A stretch of 64,000 nt of DNA from the IMG/VR virus record IMGVR_UViG_3300009183_004565. One strand, 5' to 3'. Made by a program: the position numbers and the translations under genes. The notes beneath the pieces were generated by a model, which saw only the letters and a list, made by a program, of their open reading frames with translations, did not search any database and was not told the origin of the DNA. Shown here piece after piece: positions 56,282-63,613 of this stretch. This DNA is from a virus. Taxonomy: Duplodnaviria; Caudoviricetes. Position 1 is the stretch's first letter, and each line of letters opens with the position of its first letter.

Positions 56282-57255
56282 TGAAAATAGTTATCACAGG
56301 AGGATGTGGCTACATTGGTAGTCACATCGCACGAGCACTAAAACAACACAATGCAGATAATTGTGTATACATTATTGACCGTGTGCGTAGAGATCATACA
56401 CTTCAAGATGTAGACGGCTACCTACACGAAGATTATGCCAGCAAGAACAGTTTGCTATGGATTACGGAACTAGAACCTGATGTTATTGTGCATTGTGCAG
56501 GCAGCAGTCTTGTTGGCGAGAGTATGACCAATCCTGCTGAGTATTATGAAAACAATATTGCAAAGACTATTACTCTATTGTCGCATGTAAAAGATCTACG
56601 TAAGAAACCTTTGATACTGTTTAGTAGTAGTGCCAGTGTGTACGGCAATCCTGCGACTGTTCCGGTATATGAGTCAGATCCCAAACTGCCTATCAGTCCA
56701 TATGGTGTTAGCAAACATGTTACTGAACGACTATTAAGTGACTATCATGCAGCATACGGTGTTCCTAGTGTGTGCTTTAGATATTTTAATGCAGCCGGAG
56801 CAGAACCTTTTGCACATGACCTTGGGCAAGCACCTGGTGCCAGTCATATCGTTGCTAGAATACTAGAAGCCAAACTTGCTGGGAAATCGTTTACGCTTAA
56901 TGGTGCAGATTATAACACACCGGATCGTACTTGTATTCGTGATTACATACACGTATGGGATTTGGCTGACGCACACATACGTGCCATTGAGTGGATGAAC
57001 AATGAGAATGAGAAACGTGCTGCAGTGATGAATCTTGGTACTCAACATGGTATTAGCAATCAAGAGATTATTGATTATGTAACAGTAAACTACGGTGGCA
57101 TTGATGTTGTAGTTGGGCCAAGGCGCCCCGGAGATCCAGATCGACTTGTTGCTGATGCAAGTGTAGCATATGCTTTATTAAAATGGAAACCTGTCTACTC
57201 AACGATCAATCAAATTGTTGATAGTGCATACAAATGGTATACTCGTGAGCTTTGA
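56281..57255 (+). CDS. galE: UDP-glucose 4-epimerase
   Basis: TGGCGYIGSH, SSSASVYG, PYGVSK (YxxxK), FRYFNAAG, RDYIHV.DLA.AH, R.GD. Confidence 0.9.
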   Translation: MKIVITGGCGYIGSHIARALKQHNADNCVYIIDRVRRDHTLQDVDGYLHEDYASKNSLLWITELEPDVIVHCAGSSLVGESMTNPAEYYENNIAKTITLLSHVKDLRKKPLILFSSSASVYGNPATVPVYESDPKLPISPYGVSKHVTERLLSDYHAAYGVPSVCFRYFNAAGAEPFAHDLGQAPGASHIVARILEAKLAGKSFTLNGADYNTPDRTCIRDYIHVWDLADAHIRAIEWMNNENEKRAAVMNLGTQHGISNQEIIDYVTVNYGGIDVVVGPRRPGDPDRLVADASVAYALLKWKPVYSTINQIVDSAYKWYTREL

Positions 57256-57829
57256 TCGCATATTGGAGTTTGAACAAGCACTGGCCGAATACACAGGTGC
57301 GCCATACGCAATCATGACTGATTGTTGTACTCATGCTATTGAGTTGTGTCTAAGATTTCAAAAGCCCACTCATTGTGCATTTACTGCTTTTACCTATCTG
57401 TCTGTGCCAATGACCATGCACAAACTAGGAATTGAGTACAGATTGATTCCCGAAGTATGGACTGGCGAATATCAATTCCACGGAACCACAATTTGGGATA
57501 GCGCACGTAGGCTAGAGCGAGGAATGTATCGAGCAGGACAGATGCAATGTCTCAGCTTCGGTTACACTAAGCCTTTACAAATAGGCCGTGGTGGTGCTAT
57601 ACTGTTAGACAATGAACAAGCATACAACACTATAACGGAACAACGATATGATGGGCGCAAATTATCAGTTACACCCTGGCAGGAACAAAAAACCTTCATG
57701 GTGGGCTATCATTATAGACCGACTCCGGAAGAAGCTGCGATTGGATTAATAAAATTGCGCGATGTTAATGAACTGCCTAAATATCACGAATATCCTGATC
57801 TAAGAGATATTAAAATTATTGGAGAATAA
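57245..57829 (+). CDS. Short DegT/DnrJ-family PLP aminotransferase-like protein
   Basis: FE..LAEY.GA.YA....CCTHA, P..Y.S.P, WDSA, CLSFG..KPL..G.GGAIL, A.IGL.KL; only about 194 aa. Confidence 0.7.
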   Translation: MSFDRILEFEQALAEYTGAPYAIMTDCCTHAIELCLRFQKPTHCAFTAFTYLSVPMTMHKLGIEYRLIPEVWTGEYQFHGTTIWDSARRLERGMYRAGQMQCLSFGYTKPLQIGRGGAILLDNEQAYNTITEQRYDGRKLSVTPWQEQKTFMVGYHYRPTPEEAAIGLIKLRDVNELPKYHEYPDLRDIKIIGE

Positions 57830-57830
57830 G

Positions 57831-58661
57831 TTGACCACAAAAGAATTTACACCAAATCCAGTATTAAACGAAACACCTGATAAAGAATTTGTTCCTATGG
57901 AACTGGAATCTATGTATGTGGCTTTACCACAAAAGGTATATGTGAAAGCTGGCGAAGCTGCTGCCGCTAAACAATCATATTTGTCGGATGCTATTCGTGC
58001 CAGGATGAAACGTGACGGTAAAAGATACTGGGCAGGAGATAACATCAGTGACTATCTAGCGGACAGTGACAAAGAACATCTAATCAGCGAAGCCGCAGAA
58101 GCATTTGAACTAGTACTAGACCGTTTGCTGATTGATCGCGAAAATGATCCTAACAGTCGAGGTACAGCACGACGCCTGGCTAAAATGTACTTCAACGAAA
58201 TAATGGCAGGTAGATATGAAACGGCACCAGACGCAACGGCTTTTCCAAATGATTCGGAGGAAAGATATGAAGGTATGCTTGTGGTTAGAAGTGAACTTCG
58301 CAGTATGTGTAGCCATCATCACCAGCCCGTTACTGGTGTTGCTTATATTGGTATTATCGCCGCTAATAAACTTATCGGTCTTAGTAAGTATACTCGTATT
58401 GCTCAGTGGTGCGCTCGTCGTGGCACACTACAAGAAGAGCTGTGTAATGATATCGCTAGAGAGATTATGAAGGCCACTGATGCTAAAGATGTAGCAGTAT
58501 ATGTACAAGCGATACATGGATGTTGCGAAAATCGCGGCATTATGGCACATAGTTCGTTAACTCAAACTACAGTATTAAAGGGAACATTCAAAGATGATCC
58601 TCATACTAAGAAGGAATTCTTCGACAACATTAAACTACAACAAGAATTTGCACCAAGGTAA
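57831..58661 (+). CDS. folE: GTP cyclohydrolase I with N-terminal extension
   Basis: TARRLAKMY, SMCSHHHQP, GLSKY.RI, QE.L...I, HGCC..RG, KEF; TTG 57831 follows GGAGA. Confidence 0.95.
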   Translation: MTTKEFTPNPVLNETPDKEFVPMELESMYVALPQKVYVKAGEAAAAKQSYLSDAIRARMKRDGKRYWAGDNISDYLADSDKEHLISEAAEAFELVLDRLLIDRENDPNSRGTARRLAKMYFNEIMAGRYETAPDATAFPNDSEERYEGMLVVRSELRSMCSHHHQPVTGVAYIGIIAANKLIGLSKYTRIAQWCARRGTLQEELCNDIAREIMKATDAKDVAVYVQAIHGCCENRGIMAHSSLTQTTVLKGTFKDDPHTKKEFFDNIKLQQEFAPR

Positions 58662-58700
58662 TTTGCTCCAACCGCCTTAAATATAAGGTAAAGGAGCAAA
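58662..58700 (+). promoter_or_regulatory. RBS-sequestering hairpin with a late-type promoter in its apex
   Basis: TTTGCTCC(58662-69)/GGAGCAAA(58693-700), inner CCTTA/TAAGG, TAAATA at 58678-83. Confidence 0.7.
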
Positions 58701-58701
58701 A

Positions 58702-59031
58702 ATGTCAGACGAACAAGAAGAGTTTAAAAAAAAATTACAAGCCCTAAAGCCCAAAAAAAAGAAGTTAGCCGTTCCTGAAGGTTTCTTAGACGATGCTAAA
58801 AGTTACGAAGGCAAATTAGAAGCTGTTAAAATAATCTCAGAGCGAGAAAAAGATCGAGTTATTTTGATATTTAAAAAAATGATTGCACAAGGTAAAGAAG
58901 ATGCAATACGTATTGAACGAGAAAAACTAGAAGCTAAACGAGCAGCTGAAGCTAAAGAAGCATTAGAAAGAGCAGCAAAGATAGCAAAAGAAAAGTTAGC
59001 CAAAAAATCATTATTTGGTAAAAAGAAGTAA
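58702..59031 (+). CDS. Highly charged hypothetical protein
   Basis: 109 aa, Lys/Glu/Ala-rich coiled-coil. Confidence 0.65.
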   Translation: MSDEQEEFKKKLQALKPKKKKLAVPEGFLDDAKSYEGKLEAVKIISEREKDRVILIFKKMIAQGKEDAIRIEREKLEAKRAAEAKEALERAAKIAKEKLAKKSLFGKKK

Positions 59032-59049
59032 ATTCAATTAATCAAGGAG

Positions 59050-59244
59050 ATGTATATGAAACTCAACGACAAGCTAGTAAAATGCAACGATCATTTTACT
59101 GTCTATATGTACGACAATGGCTATATGGTTGAAATTGGTGGACGTGACGACAACGACGAATGGGTTACTGCCAAAGTTCTTTGCACAGATTTTAAAGAAC
59201 TAACCAATCTTATCGAAGAAGCTACCATAATGGAACGTGACTAA
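59050..59244 (+). CDS. Small hypothetical protein
   Basis: AAGGAG RBS; 64 aa. Confidence 0.65.
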   Translation: MYMKLNDKLVKCNDHFTVYMYDNGYMVEIGGRDDNDEWVTAKVLCTDFKELTNLIEEATIMERD

Positions 59245-59777
59245 TGAAAAAGTTAATTATCTCGGATGCTGAATTTAAAAAATTAGTTCACAAGCTCTGC
59301 AGAGATATTGCCAATAGCGATTGGCGACCTGACTATGTTGTAGGTTTAACTCGTGGTGGACTTACTGCTGCTGCCATGATCAGTCATTATTTTGATGTTC
59401 CTATGGAAACATTGAAGCCAAGATCGGAAAGCAATTGCTGGATGGCTGAAGATGCATTTGGATATATTCCAGACGGTCCGCTACGTGAAGGCATAGATAA
59501 ACGCAGTGACGCTACATTTAAAAAGAAAATTCTTGTTGTCGATGACATTAACGATACCGGTTCTACACTTGAATGGATACGTGAAGATTGGCAATCAAGT
59601 TGTTTGCCCAACGACGAATCTTGGAAATATGTATGGAACAAGAACGTGCGTTTTGCTGTATTAATCAATAACGAATCCAGTAACTATGAGCATGTGGATT
59701 ATTCAGGTCGTAACATTAATAAACTTGATGATCCGTGTTGGGTAGTGTTCCCCTGGGAAAATTGGTGGGAGGCATGA
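59244..59777 (+). CDS. Type I phosphoribosyltransferase (Gpt-like)
   Basis: YVVGLTRGGL, ILVVDDINDTGSTL (PRPP loop), WVVFPWE. Confidence 0.9.
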   Translation: MKKLIISDAEFKKLVHKLCRDIANSDWRPDYVVGLTRGGLTAAAMISHYFDVPMETLKPRSESNCWMAEDAFGYIPDGPLREGIDKRSDATFKKKILVVDDINDTGSTLEWIREDWQSSCLPNDESWKYVWNKNVRFAVLINNESSNYEHVDYSGRNINKLDDPCWVVFPWENWWEA

Positions 59778-60112
59778 TTGCCTTACCGCCAGGCTGTACT
59801 GTTACCTATGCTGTTTGGGTCGATGTAAATCGACTCACCAACGAAATGGTTGAATGGTATCGTCAAGTTGATGGCAAGGTTTACGAAGATCGTTGGTATG
59901 ATACTCGAGGTAGAGAACAAACAGTAAACTACGTGAGTTATGGCAAGAGCAAACGATGCCATCATCATCACAACGGTCAAGGTGGTACTAGGTTACACTT
60001 CCACGGTGATGATGCTAGTGCGGCCAGTATGTTTATATTAAAGTTTTTCAATCACGTAACTAGTAATAATTTACAAGACGTAATGGAACGTCATGCTCAC
60101 GAGGTTGACTAA
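59774..60112 (+). CDS. Hypothetical protein
   Basis: ATG 59774 after GGAGG, ATGA-coupled. Confidence 0.6.
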   Translation: MIALPPGCTVTYAVWVDVNRLTNEMVEWYRQVDGKVYEDRWYDTRGREQTVNYVSYGKSKRCHHHHNGQGGTRLHFHGDDASAASMFILKFFNHVTSNNLQDVMERHAHEVD

Positions 60113-60119
60113 GTAAATT

Positions 60120-60689
60120 ATGATCAATGTAGGAATATATCTAGAATCTAAGCCATTTAATGATAATTGGCCAAAAATTAAAATCTATCATAACAATAGT
60201 CTACTCGACGATGTAATTTGTCATCAGTCACTAGAGTTACATTATCAAATTAAACCTAGCGTTGATAACCTTCTCTCAATTGAGATGTACGGAAAAAGAT
60301 TCGGCGATGGCGGAATATATGATGTGGACAGTAACGGACAAGGACAAGAAATTCAAATTAAAGATATTACTTTTGATGATGTGTCAATTGATCACTTGTT
60401 GTCAAAAGTTGAATTTGAAACCCACTGGACTGAACACCAGCTTTCTTCACACAACGAAGAATTTAGATCTAAATATAATAGATATCAATCCAACGGTATG
60501 ATAGTCTTTAACGGAAGACTGAATTTTAATTTTTCAACTCCTATATATGATTTTTTAATTGATAAAAAGTATAAAGTTGATCATAACAAAGACATTGCTT
60601 ATTTTAGTAACAGCACGGAACTATTTAATTTTCATCTTGGATTAAGTAAATTAGAAGAAATTAAAAAAATTATTACAGAAAATGAATAA
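60120..60689 (+). CDS. Hypothetical protein, paralogous to 32723-33199
   Basis: TAAGTA-4nt-ATG start; shared motifs with the 32723 ORF. Confidence 0.6.
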   Translation: MINVGIYLESKPFNDNWPKIKIYHNNSLLDDVICHQSLELHYQIKPSVDNLLSIEMYGKRFGDGGIYDVDSNGQGQEIQIKDITFDDVSIDHLLSKVEFETHWTEHQLSSHNEEFRSKYNRYQSNGMIVFNGRLNFNFSTPIYDFLIDKKYKVDHNKDIAYFSNSTELFNFHLGLSKLEEIKKIITENE

Positions 60690-62187
60690 AAAAGTTTTAG
60701 TATTATCAGTTCCGCGACTCGAACCACATCGCCCCCCAATTAGTGCTACTCTTGTTGCTACTGTATGCAAAAATCACGGTTGTGATGTTAAGTTACGAGA
60801 TCTAAATATTGAATTTTATCATTATTGTAAATTAAATAATATAGAATATCAAAAATTTGATCCAATTTGGGATAGATATGTAGAACCATCAAATTTAGAA
60901 CTATCACATATACACACTCATATAGATAATTTTATTGCAACTGAAGATTTGCATTCTTACGATATCATTATGATCAGTGTATTTGGCTCAAGTAGCCATT
61001 ACTTCACTGAAATGTTATTAAAAAAAATTGCAGTAGATAGATCTTATAAAATTTTATTAGGTGGTTCGGGAGCATTTGTGTCTATTATGAATCGTGGGCA
61101 TAATTCTTTTGTTGTGGAGATGCAAAAACAAAATCTAATAGACGATTTTATAAAAGGCGAGTGCGAAGAATCCTTAAAATATTATTTAGACGGTAAAGAA
61201 TATCCAGGAATTAATAACTATGATCCTGTGCAGATTGATGATTTAGATTCATTACCGTTAATTGATTATAGTTTTGTTGACTTAGATGCTTATGAATATC
61301 TCACTGAAACTAAAGATGTTTATGTAGAAGGTAGTAGGGGATGTGTACGTAAATGTACTTATTGTGATGTTCAGAAATTTTGGCCAAAATATCGTTTCAG
61401 AAGTGGTCAGCATATTGCACACGAGCTTATTAACAATTACGAAAAATTTGGCATTAAAAAATTTTACTTTACTGATAGCTTAGTTAACGGAAGTTTAAAA
61501 TCATTCAATCAGATGTGCGATATTCTTGCTAATTACCCATATAGCAAAGAAATTAGCTGGGGAGGACAATTTATTTTCAGAAATGAAAGAACTGTGCCAC
61601 CGGAGCATTTTGAAATGATCGCTAAGGCCGGCGGTACTAATACTTTTTACGTAGGAATAGAAACTGGCAGTGATCAAGTTAGAAAACAAATGGGTAAAAA
61701 TTTTACCAACGAAGATATTAGTTATCAACTTGAAGAATTTAAAAAGAATAAATTGAAATGTACTTTTTTAATGTTTCCTGGCTATATTACAGAAACTGAA
61801 AAGGATCATCAAGACACATTAGATATGTTTTTAAGATGGCAAAAGTATGTAGCCAGTGGAACTATCAATGGTTTAGAATTAGGTAGTCCTTTGATAGTTC
61901 TCGAAGGAACCCCACTAGCTAGTATGATTGATGAGTATCAAATTGCATTTTTAGAGAGTGATAGAATTACTACTGGTAATTTCTGGGTATCAAAATTAAA
62001 TCCAAGTTTTGATTTTGAGCAGCGAGCTATTAGGCAAATCAGACTATACGAAGAAGCTGCAAAATATAAATGGCCTATTTGGAGATTTGAATCAAGAGCT
62101 GAAGAATTAAAACAAACTCTAATTAGATTTTATGAAATAAAAGAAAAAAATCCAACATATAAGATAACACCAATTAAAATTAATTAA
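60682..62187 (+). CDS. Cobalamin-binding (class B) radical SAM protein
   Basis: N-terminal B12-binding-like domain (ISVF, ILLGG, GECE), SRGCVRKCTYC, FTDSL.NG, GIETGS..V...MGK. Confidence 0.85.
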   Translation: MNKKVLVLSVPRLEPHRPPISATLVATVCKNHGCDVKLRDLNIEFYHYCKLNNIEYQKFDPIWDRYVEPSNLELSHIHTHIDNFIATEDLHSYDIIMISVFGSSSHYFTEMLLKKIAVDRSYKILLGGSGAFVSIMNRGHNSFVVEMQKQNLIDDFIKGECEESLKYYLDGKEYPGINNYDPVQIDDLDSLPLIDYSFVDLDAYEYLTETKDVYVEGSRGCVRKCTYCDVQKFWPKYRFRSGQHIAHELINNYEKFGIKKFYFTDSLVNGSLKSFNQMCDILANYPYSKEISWGGQFIFRNERTVPPEHFEMIAKAGGTNTFYVGIETGSDQVRKQMGKNFTNEDISYQLEEFKKNKLKCTFLMFPGYITETEKDHQDTLDMFLRWQKYVASGTINGLELGSPLIVLEGTPLASMIDEYQIAFLESDRITTGNFWVSKLNPSFDFEQRAIRQIRLYEEAAKYKWPIWRFESRAEELKQTLIRFYEIKEKNPTYKITPIKIN

Positions 62188-62198
62188 TAAATACTGTT

Positions 62199-62280
62199 CT
62201 ACACAGCGGCCTTTCTGGCATTCATCCCGCTTTACAAATTCTGCAAGCCTATGCTAAAATCTTAACATAGGAGAAAAACA
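62199..62280 (+). promoter_or_regulatory. Structured 5' leader of queD (riboswitch candidate)
   Basis: TAAATA 62188-93; AGCGG(62205-09)/CCGCT(62227-31); CCTATG(62248-53)/CATAGG(62266-71) covering AGGAG (62269-73). Confidence 0.5.
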
Positions 62281-62778
62281 ATGCAACCTGTTGTATATAA
62301 ATTTACTAGTACCAAAGAGTATCACGACGCCTTTCCTTGCGCTTACCGGCAATGGCGTGCCGATAGTCATTGTAATCTAATACACGGCTATTCATTTAGT
62401 ATGAAGTTCTACTTTGGTACTAACGACTTAGACGTTCGTAATTGGGCAGCTGACTACGGTGGACTTAAAGAACTTAAAAAGATTCTTGAAGATCAATTTG
62501 ACCACACATTAATTGTAGCCGAGGACGATCCCGAACTTGCAACATTTAAGTTGTTACAAGAACGGAACATGGCCAAGATTGTCATACTACCACGTTTAGG
62601 CTGTGAAGGCCTAGCTGACTCGCTGTACAAATATGTGAATGGTGTTTATATTCCTGATATGTGGGGACCTAGTGAAGCTGAACGCTTATGGTGTTATCGT
62701 GTAGAGGTTAGAGAGACACAAGCAAACATGGCGTACCGAGAAGGTCACCGTGAATGGAACGAGGATCTGTTTGCGTAA
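62281..62778 (+). CDS. queD: 6-carboxy-5,6,7,8-tetrahydropterin synthase
   Basis: FPCAYRQW...SHC..IHGY, DYG.LK...K.LE..FDH, GCE.LA, V.V.ET. Confidence 0.88.
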   Translation: MQPVVYKFTSTKEYHDAFPCAYRQWRADSHCNLIHGYSFSMKFYFGTNDLDVRNWAADYGGLKELKKILEDQFDHTLIVAEDDPELATFKLLQERNMAKIVILPRLGCEGLADSLYKYVNGVYIPDMWGPSEAERLWCYRVEVRETQANMAYREGHREWNEDLFA

Positions 62779-63592
62779 GTTCGTTATACGATGTGCCCGG
62801 AATCCGGATGGTCAAGAATTCTTAGACTTAGAATTCAATATTCGTCCGGGCTCTTACTCCGGCAAATGGATAGACTGCATACGTAGTGTGGAACACTTAC
62901 CTCCACATCAATACGGATTTCCCAAATGGCTAGAACACGATGCCGGTGTATACGAGCAACGTATTGCAGATGCATTAAACAACAACACAGATATACAAGA
63001 GTTTTTATTAGACTCTAACATTGATAGAACCGTGATCAATCAAGACTTGGTCAATGCTGTCCATAGATATATTGAGCACAATCATCAACATGCCGCCGAA
63101 CATCTTGTGTTACACAATGACATACATTACTTAGAAAGTATTTGGGAAGGTGCAACTGATGTTGTGTTCAAGAAGTTACAGTGGGTACCACCAGGGCTAA
63201 TAATTGACATGACCTTGGATGACTATAAAGAATTTACTACAGAACCATGCACTAACTTTATACAAGACGATTTTAGTCATGTAGGACGTAGTCCACATAA
63301 CAGTTACCTATATCAAGATGACTCCAGTCTGTACACTAGTTGTGTTATACAACATAAAGTTGGTTCAGGTGCTAAATGGTTTATTCCTGATGATAGTCAT
63401 ATCTTTAAGGACGAACGTGGATTCAGATCGTGGGTCAGTGAACATCAAGCGTTTTTTAAAAAGCAATGGGCGATAGAAACTAATAACGATCCTAGGCTTT
63501 GTTTTGGCCGTATTATTATTGCCGAAGGTGTGGAAGATTATAGTCGGATTGATAGGACATTTGACTTCGTAGTAAAAGCTTTTATTATCTAA
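62750..63592 (+). CDS. Hypothetical protein, paralogous to 41368-42237
   Basis: Shared motifs with the 41368 ORF; exact start uncertain. Confidence 0.55.
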   Translation: MNGTRICLRKFVIRCARNPDGQEFLDLEFNIRPGSYSGKWIDCIRSVEHLPPHQYGFPKWLEHDAGVYEQRIADALNNNTDIQEFLLDSNIDRTVINQDLVNAVHRYIEHNHQHAAEHLVLHNDIHYLESIWEGATDVVFKKLQWVPPGLIIDMTLDDYKEFTTEPCTNFIQDDFSHVGRSPHNSYLYQDDSSLYTSCVIQHKVGSGAKWFIPDDSHIFKDERGFRSWVSEHQAFFKKQWAIETNNDPRLCFGRIIIAEGVEDYSRIDRTFDFVVKAFII

Positions 63593-63613
63593 ATATTTGT
63601 AGTATAATACATT

